Assembly: GCA_046329885.1 (NCBI GenBank)
Contig: JAXLTU010000007.1
Span: 4,957 to 68,956 of the forward strand
Source of the DNA: Bacteroidales bacterium
Lineage (GTDB): Bacteria > Bacteroidota > Bacteroidia > Bacteroidales > VadinHA17
Length of the DNA: 64,000 bases
Direction of reading: 5' to 3'
Part shown: in pieces, positions 19,804 through 30,270 of the stretch
How the letters are laid out: every line of letters begins with the position of its first letter
Numbering within the stretch: position 1 is the stretch's first letter
Program-made: the position numbers and the translations under genes
The notes under the pieces: model-generated
What the model saw: the letters and a program-made list of their open reading frames with translations, nothing else
Databases searched by the model: none
Told to the model about the DNA's origin: nothing

Positions 19804-21019
19804 TCGCGAGAAGGTATTTTTTTGTAAGGAATCTCACCGGGTACCATGCCGCCCAGAATCCGATTAGCAGGACGGTAACCGGAACGGCAACGAAATCCTT
19901 TAATTTCATCACTACGGGGTAGGCGTCCATGATGAGTGATTCGCCCTGTAGTCTTATCAATCCGAATTCCTGCTGCAAAAAGCAGATGATGAATCCCAGC
20001 AGAACACCGCTGAATGCGCCAATTATAGATATCATCCAGCCTTCCAGTATGAAAATCTTCCTGATGAGTGAATTATCGGCACCAAGGCTTCTTAGTATTC
20101 CTATGTCGCGTTTCTTTTCGATTATCAGCATGGTGAGAGACCCGACAATATTGAACGATGCTATAAGGAGTATTAGTGTCAGTATTATAAAAATTGAAAG
20201 TCGTTCAGACTTCATCACCTTGTAAAAGATCTCCTGTTGCTGGTAGCGGTCCTGGATGACAAAGCCATTACCCAGCAACCCCGTGATAGTTTTTTTAACA
20301 GAAGTCACATCAGATCCAGGAATGCATTTGATCTCCACGGCACTTACCTGGGTATCATATTCAAGTATCTCCCTGGCGAAAGACAAGGGTACAAACACGT
20401 ATTTGGAATCAAATTCCTGTTCAATCTGGTAGATTCCCGCGGGACTAAGGTACCTGCGGTAAAATGCTTCTTCAACGTTTAGATTCACGCTTCCCGTGCG
20501 CTTCGGGACCCAGATCTGGAGCTGGGCAATGAAGTTAGTACGAATACCAAGATACCTGGCAACACCCAGCCCTACAACCGCCTGAGGAGATCCTCCCGGG
20601 CTGTACAGGTCAAAACTTCCTTCCCACATCGTGCTGTCTACACCTGATATCTCGCGGTAATTGTCGTCAACCCCCTTGATAGTTGCTATGTATTGTCTCT
20701 CGTCGTAGGTAAGGAGAACATTCTCCTCGAGAGTATACGAGATTATGTCTATCCCGGGAATATCCCTGATCTTTTGTACCCTCGTGGTGTCGGGGTCAAA
20801 AACCTTGCCTGAAGTTGCTGTAATCTTTATCTCGGGATCGAAGGTGTTGAAGATCCTGCTAACCATTTCTTCAAGACCGTTGAATACCGATAGAACGATG
20901 ACAAGAGCCATTGTTCCGACTGTGACACCGGCAACTGAAATGCCGGAAATAATATTAATAGCGTTTCTCGACTTTTTCGCGAAAAGGTATCTTTTTGCTA
21001 TGTAGAGAGACAGCCTCAT
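19784..21019 (-). CDS. lolE: lipoprotein-releasing system permease, LolC/E (FtsX/MacB) family
   Basis: 411 aa. The N-terminus LYIAKRYLFAKKSRNAINIISGISVAGVTVGTMALVIVLSVFNGLE is LolC/E-like. A periplasmic domain and a C-terminal FtsX 3-helix bundle follow. Confidence 0.75.
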   Translation of the reverse strand: MRLSLYIAKRYLFAKKSRNAINIISGISVAGVTVGTMALVIVLSVFNGLEEMVSRIFNTFDPEIKITATSGKVFDPDTTRVQKIRDIPGIDIISYTLEENVLLTYDERQYIATIKGVDDNYREISGVDSTMWEGSFDLYSPGGSPQAVVGLGVARYLGIRTNFIAQLQIWVPKRTGSVNLNVEEAFYRRYLSPAGIYQIEQEFDSKYVFVPLSFAREILEYDTQVSAVEIKCIPGSDVTSVKKTITGLLGNGFVIQDRYQQQEIFYKVMKSERLSIFIILTLILLIASFNIVGSLTMLIIEKKRDIGILRSLGADNSLIRKIFILEGWMISIIGAFSGVLLGFIICFLQQEFGLIRLQGESLIMDAYPVVMKLKDFVAVPVTVLLIGFWAAWYPVRFLTKKYLLANEKGNK

Positions 21020-21020
21020 A

Positions 21021-21830
21021 TTACTTTTCAGCTACAACCAGTAGTCCCGTTCCGCTTTTGTGAGCCGTGTAAAGATCGATATAATTAAGTAGCAGGGAGA
21101 CAGGGAGAATTACGACATAGTAGAACGGGAGAAGTATGAAAAAGCCGTATGAAATATTCAACAGCTTGACCGGGTATTTCATTGAAAGGATCCACGACAG
21201 GCTACCCGCCGTTCCGTAAGTGTAAGTCACCCTCACGTCGTTAAAACCTGCCCTTTTGAGCTTAACTGTTATCTCCCCGGCACCGTAACCGTTACGCACA
21301 TGCTCGTCGATAAAGGAATCATCATCATGTGAATGAGCATCAGAACCACCCAGGTCAGAAGGTGTTGAGATGAGAAGGAGACCCTTGCTCCTGAGTGCCT
21401 TATAAAAGTTTCGGAACACTAGCTCATCATCGGCGATATGCTCCATCACATCAACTGTAAGGACAAGGTTATAACGATCAGCGTCATTAAGTTTTGTCAG
21501 ATCTCCTGTCTCGAACGTGACACTCCTGTCCCTGCCTGTCCTGTAAAAGAACTGCCTGCAGTCTTCCACCTGATCGCTGTTAATGTCAATTCCCTTAATT
21601 GTCCAGTTCCTGTTACGTTTGATCATCCTCCATGCATACTGTCCCAGCCCCGATCCGGCATCGAGTACGCTCGCGTCGGCAGGAAGCAGGGGAGATAACC
21701 GCCTGAGTGCCTTTCTCACGTGCCACGACCTTAATAAAAGTATGTCGATGAGTGTGTAGAATAATTTGCGCTGCCAGGGAGACCGTGAGATGAATTTCCC
21801 GAGGTAGTTCTTGATTGGTTCGTACTTCAT
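21021..21830 (-). CDS. class I SAM-dependent methyltransferase with C-terminal membrane helices
   Basis: 269 aa. Motif I is VLDAGSGLGQY and post-I is GIDIN. The hydrophobic tail reads FFILLPFYYVVILPVSLLL. Confidence 0.7.
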   Translation of the reverse strand: MKYEPIKNYLGKFISRSPWQRKLFYTLIDILLLRSWHVRKALRRLSPLLPADASVLDAGSGLGQYAWRMIKRNRNWTIKGIDINSDQVEDCRQFFYRTGRDRSVTFETGDLTKLNDADRYNLVLTVDVMEHIADDELVFRNFYKALRSKGLLLISTPSDLGGSDAHSHDDDSFIDEHVRNGYGAGEITVKLKRAGFNDVRVTYTYGTAGSLSWILSMKYPVKLLNISYGFFILLPFYYVVILPVSLLLNYIDLYTAHKSGTGLLVVAEK

Positions 21831-21834
21831 CTTT

Positions 21835-22173
21835 CTACTTTTTCAGGAGCTTGTCAATATTATCAATATAATCGTAACTGTCGTCAATGAAGAACGCTAA
21901 CTCCGGGACTATTCTTAACTGGTTTCTGACTTTTTGTCCAAGTTCAAACCTGAGCTTATGGGTGTGTTCTTTAACTGATTCGAGAACGGCTTGTTTGCTT
22001 TCAGAAGGGAATACGCTGAGAAATACTTTAGCGAGCGACAGATCGGGACTGACCCTGACAATCGTTATTGATACAAGTTTTCCCGGGGCCATTTCATTGT
22101 TCTTTTTCAGGAAAATATCAGCCAGTTCCTTCTGAATAAGCCTGGCTACTTTCTTTTGTCTTGTCGATTCCAT
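21835..22173 (-). CDS. rbfA: ribosome-binding factor A
   Basis: ATG at 22173 gives MESTRQKKVARLIQKELADIF...VRVSPDLSLAKVFLSV, typical of RbfA. The ORF-track start at 22197 is a TTG lying inside the predicted promoter box. Confidence 0.85.
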   Translation of the reverse strand: MESTRQKKVARLIQKELADIFLKKNNEMAPGKLVSITIVRVSPDLSLAKVFLSVFPSESKQAVLESVKEHTHKLRFELGQKVRNQLRIVPELAFFIDDSYDYIDNIDKLLKK

Positions 22174-22194
22174 TTTTTCCCTGTATTGATGCGG

Positions 22195-22202
22195 CAAAGG
22201 TA
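22195..22202 (-). promoter_or_regulatory. candidate -7 promoter box (TAnnTTTG) for the rbfA operon
   Basis: Plus-strand CAAAGGTA is TACCTTTG on the minus strand, 22 nt upstream of the rbfA ATG. Confidence 0.4.
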
Positions 22203-22295
22203 ATAAAAATTGAGTTTCAGGGGCCTGGACCCGGTACTACGGGCTATTTAATAGGCTTTGAAGTGACAAGACAGATACCTGTTGTGTTTTTTTAT

Positions 22296-22303
22296 TAGTT
22301 TTG
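22296..22303 (+). promoter_or_regulatory. candidate -7 promoter box (TAnnTTTG) for trpS
   Basis: TAGTTTTG lies 26 nt upstream of the trpS ATG. Confidence 0.4.
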
Positions 22304-22328
22304 CCCTACTTTTCAACTTGAGCTTAAT

Positions 22329-23321
22329 ATGGATACTGTTGTAAGCGGAATACGATCGACCGGGAATCTTCATCTCGGTAATTATTTTGGTGCTGTAAGG
22401 AATTTCCTGAGGATGCAGAAGGAGAATAATTGCTATTTCTTTATAGCGGATTATCATTCACTTACAACCCATCCTCATCCTGATGACCTTCATGGTAACA
22501 TCAGGCAGGTACTGGCTGAATACCTGGCGTGCGGAATAGATCCGTCTATTGCAACCATTTTTGTCCAGAGCGATGTACCCGAGGTTTGCGAACTCTACCT
22601 GCTTCTGAACATGAATGCCTATATAGGTGAGCTCGAAAGGACTGCCTCATTCAAGGAAAAGATCAGGAAACAGCCAGATAATATTAATGCCGGTTTGCTT
22701 ACCTATCCGGTTCTGATGGCTGCAGACATAATAATCCACCGGGCTAACAAGGTTCCTGTCGGGAAGGACCAGGAACAGCACCTGGAGATGACAAGGAAGT
22801 TTGCCCGCAGGTTTAACACGATGTATGGCGTGAACTATTTCCCGGAACCTGAAGCTTATAATTTTGGAAAGGACCTGGTGAAGATCCCCGGCCTTGATGG
22901 TTCCGGAAAGATGGGCAAGAGCGAGGGCAATGGAATTTTCCTGTCAGATAAGCCAGAGGAGATCAGGAAGAAGGTGATGAGAGCTGTCACCGATTCAGGA
23001 CCGTCAGCACCCGGCCAGGAAATGGCAGAACCAATAAAGAACCTTTTCACTATACTCGGGGTTGTATCCGATCAATCGACAGTTGAGCATTTCAGGAATA
23101 AGTATGCCACCTGCGAGATCAGGTATGGTGACCTCAAGAAACAACTTGCAGAGGATATAGTCAAATTCACGGACCCAATCCGCGAGCGGATTGAAGAAAT
23201 AAGATCGGACGGGAAATACCTGGCGAAGGTTGTTTCAGAAGGTGCTGAAAAAGCCCGGGAAAGTGCTTCAAAAACTATCAGGGAGGTGAGGGAATTAATT
23301 GGTTACCGCCAGTTCATTTAA
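22329..23321 (+). CDS. trpS: tryptophan--tRNA ligase
   Basis: 330 aa. Class I signatures are GNLHLGNY (HIGH-like) and KMGKSEGN (KMSKS). Confidence 0.92.
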   Translation: MDTVVSGIRSTGNLHLGNYFGAVRNFLRMQKENNCYFFIADYHSLTTHPHPDDLHGNIRQVLAEYLACGIDPSIATIFVQSDVPEVCELYLLLNMNAYIGELERTASFKEKIRKQPDNINAGLLTYPVLMAADIIIHRANKVPVGKDQEQHLEMTRKFARRFNTMYGVNYFPEPEAYNFGKDLVKIPGLDGSGKMGKSEGNGIFLSDKPEEIRKKVMRAVTDSGPSAPGQEMAEPIKNLFTILGVVSDQSTVEHFRNKYATCEIRYGDLKKQLAEDIVKFTDPIRERIEEIRSDGKYLAKVVSEGAEKARESASKTIREVRELIGYRQFI

Positions 23322-23472
23322 TAGATGAAAGCCAGGCTTTTGACCTGGCTGCCCTTGACGAATCAAGTATATGTTGGAGATTGCCTGTACAGTATATTAT
23401 TCAAATTGCGTGCCAAAAAGGAATAATATGACAGGTGATGTTTGATGCCATGACAAATATTCTCCCGGTTCG

Positions 23473-25883
23473 CTATTTCAATAAGTGATACCTAAGCGAA
23501 ACGACAAGACTTCTTCCTGGTGCAACGATACCGGAGGAGTATGGTCTGTACCTGCAATCAAGGATATTCTCGATGGCGGCGTTTATTGTCACTGACCAGG
23601 GAAGTTCGATGGAAGTTCTCAGGTTAAGGGTATACCATCCTGGCGACCACGGGTTTCCATTTTTATCAGTAGCGTACATGTACGGTTTTGATATCTCAGA
23701 TAGAGGCATATCCCTGAATTTTTTCGGACCATTATAAGATGCAAAAAATCAGCCTTGAATTTACTGCCATTATATACAAGGTGAGTGGAACCAAAAGTGG
23801 AGTGGCATGTCTTAAGGTGCGCCTCCTTTCTCGCTGCCTTTAGTATAGTCAATGTCCGATTTTAGCGACAGTTTCCTGTTAAGTTAAACTGTAGTGACGA
23901 TGATAATCCATATACTCTGGCGAAACCCCCGTTAACAATGGCCTCAACCTTACTCAATTCACCCATGTAATCGATAGAATCGTTCCCGTTGAACAGGAAA
24001 TCATGCCTGACCATGGCATTTGCAAGCCAGGTGAAGAAGGAAGTAACCTCGAGATGCAGCTTGTCTCCAAAATCGCGCGAAAGACCAAAATCAATGGTTG
24101 TGGCATACTCCGGTTCAAGGCCTGGGTTTGGCACTACAACAATTCCAGGAGCTGATTCAAAGACCTTACCGGCATCGTCGAGGTTGGGTGCCCGGAAACC
24201 TGTCGAGATATTAAGCCTGGCAATAGTTTTGCTGTCAGGCCTGTAAGCTAAGCCTGCCGATCCGGTTAAAGCGCCGTTACTTATCGATATCTTATCGAAG
24301 GGGAAGTTGTAATAATTGACCTTTATCAGCGAATTAAGAATAACATGGCTGAATCTCAAACCACCACTAAGAGTGAGTTTTCGCGACAAGTTGTCTTTTA
24401 ACCCGGTGTATGCCGCGAAGGATCTGTACCTGTTACTGCCGTCAGGATATCGAGGTCCCGCAACCTGAACAATGCCTGTAATAATGTCTCTGGTTCTGGC
24501 AGTTGATACAATATCGTTTGTCACCGCTTCAATACCATAAAACAAGTTCCTGTCCCCGTCACCAAGTTTTTTTTGGACGTCAGCATTGAAGGAAAATATG
24601 CCAACTTTTTCGAATTGCTCGTTTATATTGTTTTTATAAACTGACCTGTCGTGCCGGCTCTCCCTATAGTCCTGGTGCGCGGCAATTATCCTGATCTCGT
24701 CGGCGTACCAGTTGCCCGGGGTCACTTTCATTGTCAGGTTATTCATCATCCATAACTGTGGCCCGTAGTACCAGTCTCCATATCTTAACACTCCTGACTT
24801 GTATTGCGTCAGCCTGTCATATCTGGGGACTGAGGACAATGCTGAATAGTGGTTTGAAAAAGATAATTCTGTTTTTTCGGAGATCCTGTACCTTATTTTT
24901 CCCGTTGTATTAATCTGGCTGTAAGCCGATCCGACCTGTACCCGGGGGTTTTTGTTTGTAACAATCGAATCCCTCCCGTTGATCCTAGTCACGTATTCCT
25001 CGCGGAGGTATGATGCATAACGGTTTCCGCCTCCCATTCTCAAGTCTCCGAAATCAGATATTGTTATACCGGCAAGGGCACTGATTTTCCCTTTTCCGAA
25101 ACTTATGTCGAGATGACCTGTTTTCTCATTATCTGCAGATGAATACCTTGTCAGGGCATTTAGTCTAAAAGTACATGAATCTGCCACCGGCAGGTTGGGT
25201 TCAATCGTGTGAAAATCCATTACACCACCAATCGCGTCACTTCCATAAATGAAGGCTCCTGGTCCGTATATTATCTCTGTTGATGCCATGGAATTGGCAT
25301 CAAGCGATATTATGTTTTGTATATTACCCTCCCTGTAAATCGCGTTGTTCATTCTCACTCCATCGACTACAATAAGCACCCTGTTTGTCGCGAAGCCTCT
25401 TATCATCGGGCTTCCACCACCAAGCTGGCTCTTCTGTACGAAGATGCTGCCGGTTCCCGCAATAAGATCAGCAGCTGTCTGAGGGTTCCGGAACTCCTGC
25501 TCATCCCTGCTAATTGTCGTTACCCTCTCTGGTACCTCTTCACGGTTCTGTTCCCATTTGTTTGCTGAAACGATGAATTCCTGAATATCAAAAACCTTTA
25601 ACTCGAGTTCAACGATGTTTCCTGAAGCAATGATGGCTGAAGGTGTGGTACAAACGCGGGTGAATGAGAAATGGCGGAAACATATTTCTTCTTCTGTTCC
25701 AAATATTGACAGATCAGCTGTCCCGCTAATTCCGGTAATGACAAGCTTCCTGCCAGTCTCGTTGGTAATCGATACGTTTGGAACTGGATTTTTGTCGTCC
25801 GACGAAATCACTGTTACCTTTTGCGTGAAGGCATTAATAACAATGAAAACAAGAAAGATCACCAGCAACAGGCTCTTTTTCAT
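23473..25883 (-). pseudogene. TonB-dependent outer-membrane receptor, frameshifted near the C-terminus
   Basis: ATG at 25883 gives the signal peptide MKKSLLLVIFLVFIVINAFTQ. A carboxypeptidase-regulatory-like domain, a plug domain (...SPMIRGF..NRVLIVVDGVRMN...) and a long barrel follow. The last barrel strands continue in fragments 23619-23852 and 23473-23709. Confidence 0.8.
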
Positions 25884-25900
25884 TAAAATTGAATATAACT

Positions 25901-25908
25901 CAAACTTA
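25901..25908 (-). promoter_or_regulatory. candidate -7 promoter box (TAnnTTTG) for the TonB-dependent receptor
   Basis: Plus-strand CAAACTTA is TAAGTTTG on the minus strand, 18 nt upstream of the ATG at 25883. Confidence 0.35.
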
Positions 25909-25998
25909 TAAAATCGCGAGATATTTCTCAAAATTCATATCGGGTAATTACCTGCAGGTAGTCAAATCACAAAAACCCCGAACATTATTTTTATTTAC

Positions 25999-26006
25999 TA
26001 ATTTTG
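25999..26006 (+). promoter_or_regulatory. candidate -7 promoter box (TAnnTTTG) for the 26.0-30.5 kb operon
   Basis: TAATTTTG lies 18-24 nt upstream of the TTG (26024) and GTG (26030) candidate starts. Confidence 0.4.
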
Positions 26007-26023
26007 ACCTGCAGACTAAATGA

Positions 26024-28729
26024 TTGATCGTGAAGAAAGGTGCACTTGTAGTTGTAGCAATTCTTTTTGTAGCTGTTGTTGTCCTTGCAGTTGTAATACT
26101 GAAGGGCAAGGGTTCCATTCTGGCCGATCCTTACAAATACATACCTGACGACGCGGCACTGATTGTTGAATCGAACGATTTCACTCCTTTCCTGAATGAT
26201 CTTACAGCTGGCAATGGATTTTCGAAGGAGCTCAATGTAATCCCGGAACTTAAAGCATTCTCGGGACGTCTTAAAATACTCAGGGAGACACTCGGGAAGC
26301 CTGAGTTCAGGGTTTTTACCTCCGGCAAGGACATGCTAATTTCCTTTCACCCCGATGATGAAGGCAGACTACGACCCCTGTTTTTACTTGCCTCGGGTAA
26401 CGAGTATAGCCCAAGGCAAATCAGAGACCAGTTAAAAAAAAGCTTTCCTGCTTCCGATAATTACACCTTCCGGGGTAACAATATCATCACGATTCTTCCC
26501 CGCGAAGCAACTAGCCGCGACACAATTTTCATCTCGGTAGGGAATGGACTGGTTCGTTGTGCAACAAATTCGATACTGCTTAAAGAATCGCTTAAAAGGA
26601 CGGCATCTCAAACAGATATACGCGATCTGCCGGGCTTTTCGAAAGTTATCTCTGCATCAGGGAAAGAGCAGAACAAGGTGTTTGTTCTTTTCAATAACCT
26701 CGCTCCGGTGATTAGAAAGATCACCGGGAACCAGGGGAGATTCCCGAACCTCGTTAAAGGCCGTTTTGCCGGTTGTGCCGGGGGAGATATATATTTCGAT
26801 GAGAATGGGATCATCCTTAGCGGTTATCTTGAAAGCACGGATTCCACCGAGGTCATGTTCAGGTTCAAGAATGGCGTTCCAGACAGGATGGAGAATCACC
26901 TTTCATTGCCTGCCGGGACCCTTCTTTTCGAAACGATTATCGAAAAACCATCCGAGGCGTGCAGGGATCTTTTCATGACAACAAACGGGCCGGACAGGCA
27001 GCTAGGCTTGTCGCTCGTGCCTTTCATTACAGGGGAGTTCACTCGAGCTTTTTTAAGCGAGAGAGACAGCGGCAGGAACTACAACAGGGTGTTCGTCAGC
27101 AGGCTGACAAACCGCGATCAGACTGAAAGGGCTGTGATCGGAAGGTGCAGCTCGGTTTATGGAAGCAAAGATGTTGATGAGGCTTCCTGGAAGAAATACT
27201 TCCAGCCAGACGACCAGGTAAAGATCCCTTACTATATAACCCCGTTCAAATCAGTACTGTCAGGTGTATTCGACGGGAGAGATACCGGGGTAAGTGATTC
27301 AATACTAACATTTTACGACAACCTGATGGTTTCCGGTAACAGCGAGGCGGCTGTTACGGCATTTCTATACAGCCATATTCTTAACAAGACACTGGGCAAC
27401 AGCATAGAATATCGTGAATTTGAAAAGACACTCCCGAGCAGGGCAGGGTATTTCTTCTACTGCGTCCCTGCCGGTATACTGAATCGTATCTGCAGTTTCC
27501 TAAACGATTCGGCTTCGGCACGGTTAAGGAGAAACGTGATGAGCCTCAGGAAGGTGGATGCCGTTGGGTTCCAGTACGCCGCCAGCAACGGGATGATATA
27601 CAATACATTTTCTGCACGGTACAGGGAGAAGGTCATCGAGGACTCGCAGGCTGAATGGGCAACTTTGCTTGACACGGCTGCAGCCGTCAAACCTTTCTTT
27701 TTCACTAACCACAATACAGGCGGCAAGGAAATTTTCATCCAGGACTACCATAATAATGCCTACCTTATTAACTCGGCCGGCAGGGTTTTGTGGAAGGTCC
27801 GTCTCAACGAGAGGCTCATCGGACAGCCATACATGATTGATTATTACCGGAACGGAAAATACCAGCTGCTATTCGCGGGGAGGGAATATCTTCATATACT
27901 CGACCGGAACGGTAATTATATTGAAAGATACCCGGTTAGGCTTAGATCGCCTGCCACCGCTCCGCTGGCCGTATTTGATTACGAGAATGATCTCAGTTAC
28001 AGGCTATTGATACCAGGCGAGGACAGGAATATTTACGCGTACGACAAGACCGGAAGTATAGTTAGGGGGTGGAATCTTTTCAGGACAAACGGTGTTGTCA
28101 GGGCAGAGATTAAATTTTTCAGGGTATCAGGAAAGGATTACCTCGTTGTTTCGGATGAGACAACAATGTATTTCCTCGACAGGACAGGGAACACCAGGAT
28201 GAAGCCGGTTGAATCAGTGACACGAGCTCCCGGTTCTGAATTACGTTTCGAAAAGGCTGATGCTCCATCTGTAATATTCACATCACCGGAAGGCATCATA
28301 CAAAGGGTCTGGTTCAACGGGAAAGTAGAGAAAAAGGAATTAAGGAAGTTCTCTGCCAGGCATAGCGCGGATTTTTTTGACGTAGACGGGGATGGTGTTG
28401 ACGAATATTTTTTTATTGACAATGGCATACTGTACCTTTACGATGATAATTACAGGGAGATTTTCGAGAAGAATTTCGAATCAGCCGGACTTGAAGGGCC
28501 TGTTAATTTCACGTTCTCTGCCACGGACAGGAAGACTGGTCTTTATGACAGTGTCAACAAGTTAATTTACCTGCTCGAGAGAGATGGATCGGTTGTTGAT
28601 GGTTTTCCACTGCGCGGTGCCTCGCTCTTCTCGATAGGCAAGCTGACTGCAAAGGATGAATTCAACCTGATAGTCGGTGGCACTGACAATTTTCTTTATA
28701 ACTACCGCGTGGGTGGTAGTGCTAAATGA
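26024..28729 (+). CDS. membrane-anchored hypothetical protein with C-terminal beta-propeller-like repeats
   Basis: 901 aa with an N-terminal hydrophobic anchor (ALVVVAILFVAVVVLAVVIL). The last ~360 aa contain six copies, spaced ~45-55 aa apart, of a Y/H-x-L/Y-D-x-x-G motif (YLINSAGRV, HILDRNGNY, YAYDKTGSI, YFLDRTGNT, YLYDDNYRE, YLLERDGSV). A DVDGDGVDE FG-GAP/VCBS-like loop is also present. Confidence 0.6.
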   Translation: MIVKKGALVVVAILFVAVVVLAVVILKGKGSILADPYKYIPDDAALIVESNDFTPFLNDLTAGNGFSKELNVIPELKAFSGRLKILRETLGKPEFRVFTSGKDMLISFHPDDEGRLRPLFLLASGNEYSPRQIRDQLKKSFPASDNYTFRGNNIITILPREATSRDTIFISVGNGLVRCATNSILLKESLKRTASQTDIRDLPGFSKVISASGKEQNKVFVLFNNLAPVIRKITGNQGRFPNLVKGRFAGCAGGDIYFDENGIILSGYLESTDSTEVMFRFKNGVPDRMENHLSLPAGTLLFETIIEKPSEACRDLFMTTNGPDRQLGLSLVPFITGEFTRAFLSERDSGRNYNRVFVSRLTNRDQTERAVIGRCSSVYGSKDVDEASWKKYFQPDDQVKIPYYITPFKSVLSGVFDGRDTGVSDSILTFYDNLMVSGNSEAAVTAFLYSHILNKTLGNSIEYREFEKTLPSRAGYFFYCVPAGILNRICSFLNDSASARLRRNVMSLRKVDAVGFQYAASNGMIYNTFSARYREKVIEDSQAEWATLLDTAAAVKPFFFTNHNTGGKEIFIQDYHNNAYLINSAGRVLWKVRLNERLIGQPYMIDYYRNGKYQLLFAGREYLHILDRNGNYIERYPVRLRSPATAPLAVFDYENDLSYRLLIPGEDRNIYAYDKTGSIVRGWNLFRTNGVVRAEIKFFRVSGKDYLVVSDETTMYFLDRTGNTRMKPVESVTRAPGSELRFEKADAPSVIFTSPEGIIQRVWFNGKVEKKELRKFSARHSADFFDVDGDGVDEYFFIDNGILYLYDDNYREIFEKNFESAGLEGPVNFTFSATDRKTGLYDSVNKLIYLLERDGSVVDGFPLRGASLFSIGKLTAKDEFNLIVGGTDNFLYNYRVGGSAK

Positions 28730-28757
28730 CTGAATTTTCGCGAACGTCAATAATACA

Positions 28758-30257
28758 ATGAAAGACATGATACTCAAAAGATCATTTTTGACTTCAATAG
28801 TTGCATGCATCTTCTTTGCATCAATTACTGCACAGACAAACCAGGTGGCATATTTCATGAAGATCCCGCAGAACCATTTCATGAATCCGGCCATTAAACC
28901 TGCAAACAGGTTTTACATCGGGCTTCCCGGAATAAGCGGTATCAGCCTGTCGGCAGGAACTGATTTCCTTGAGGTTACCGACATTATCATGACCGGCGTC
29001 AAGTCCGATACGATAATCACCTTCCAGGACCCTGATTTTGACCTCGGCCAGCTGGTTGCAAAATTGAAATCCAAGAATACCATTATGATGGACGCTGGCA
29101 TACAGCTTTTCGGCCTTGCATTTCCACTTGGACAAAATGCCACCCTATCGTTCGATGTAACCGACAGGATAAACGCGAAAATTGTATTCCCGAAAGATTT
29201 GCTGGATGTTTACATTAACGGTATAGATCCGTTCTTGAACCAGTCGCTCAACATATCGGAGATGAACATGAAGGTTCAGTATTTCAGGGAGTATGCAGCC
29301 GGTATCTCCGGGAATGTCACGAAAAACCTCAGGATTGGGGCAAGGGTTAAATACCTTTCAGGACTTGGTTCATTATCATTCAATAGCAATTCCCTGAATA
29401 TTAACGTTGGAGATGACTATTCCACCACTGTTCATGCTGATGCCTGGGTTGATGTAAGTGGAAAGGCTAACATCCAGAGGATTTTTACCGCCAATAATAT
29501 AGCCGGTGGTAGCGGAGATCCCAATTTCAAGGGATTTGCCAAAGAGTTCCTCAGTCCTGGTAAGAACAACGGTCTGGGTTTTGATTTCGGAGCCGAGTAC
29601 ACACTTGGCAAGTTATTCACATTGTCTGCCAGTGTCACTGACCTTGGTTACCTGACATGGAAGGATGATCTGAAGAGGTACAAGGCTAATGATATGTTCA
29701 TGCTCGACGTGATATCCTTGTCTGACGTCGTTGATGGCAATTACGGGATGGATGATTTTGCCTCCAGGCTTGTCGATACGGTGAAGGCTAATTTCGTGGA
29801 GGTTAATGCTCCGGGGTCGTACCGCACTTATTTACCGACGACCTTCAATGCCGGTGCATCGCTTAACGTGTTCAAGGTGCTTTCTCTTGGAGTGTTATCA
29901 TCCACGAAATATTTCGCCGGTCAGGCCAAGGAATCACTTACCTTATCGGCCAATGCCTACCTCGGGAGAGTTTTGTCGGCAAGCGCCAGCTACACCATGG
30001 CCAACTACAGTTATAATAATCTGGGGTTCGGTCTCGCTCTGAAGCTGGGGTTCGCGCAGTTCTATGTTCTTGCCGACAAGATACCTGTTACCTGGGATAA
30101 AGTATATATCAAGGAAGACGGGACAAATAATTATAAAGGATATCCTATGCCAACTAACTGGAATATGTTAAACTTGCAGGCCGGGTTAAATATCTGCTTC
30201 GGGAAACCGGTATCAAAAAGAGCGGATAAACCCATGGTTGTGGAGGAAAACAAATAA
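28758..30257 (+). CDS. putative outer-membrane beta-barrel protein (DUF5723-like, from memory)
   Basis: 499 aa. The signal peptide ends ...FFASITAQ. Alternating-polarity strands rich in G/S/T/N/Y run throughout, and a barrel-like terminal strand LNLQAGLNICF is present. Confidence 0.5.
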   Translation: MKDMILKRSFLTSIVACIFFASITAQTNQVAYFMKIPQNHFMNPAIKPANRFYIGLPGISGISLSAGTDFLEVTDIIMTGVKSDTIITFQDPDFDLGQLVAKLKSKNTIMMDAGIQLFGLAFPLGQNATLSFDVTDRINAKIVFPKDLLDVYINGIDPFLNQSLNISEMNMKVQYFREYAAGISGNVTKNLRIGARVKYLSGLGSLSFNSNSLNINVGDDYSTTVHADAWVDVSGKANIQRIFTANNIAGGSGDPNFKGFAKEFLSPGKNNGLGFDFGAEYTLGKLFTLSASVTDLGYLTWKDDLKRYKANDMFMLDVISLSDVVDGNYGMDDFASRLVDTVKANFVEVNAPGSYRTYLPTTFNAGASLNVFKVLSLGVLSSTKYFAGQAKESLTLSANAYLGRVLSASASYTMANYSYNNLGFGLALKLGFAQFYVLADKIPVTWDKVYIKEDGTNNYKGYPMPTNWNMLNLQAGLNICFGKPVSKRADKPMVVEENK

Positions 30258-30270
30258 CAGCAAGGGCATA

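Noticed and set aside
22248-22457. 69-aa minus-strand ORF overlapping the trpS promoter and 5' end
   Set aside because: It is Lys/Ile-rich AT-driven sequence that overlaps the trpS start and its -7 box, with no homology features.
26024-28729. 901-aa propeller protein as a T9SS cargo served by the downstream barrel
   Set aside because: The C-terminus (…NLIVGGTDNFLYNYRVGGSAK) shows neither a type A nor a type B T9SS C-terminal domain pattern. The N-terminus also looks like an uncleaved anchor. The idea is kept only as a weak analogy in the finding.
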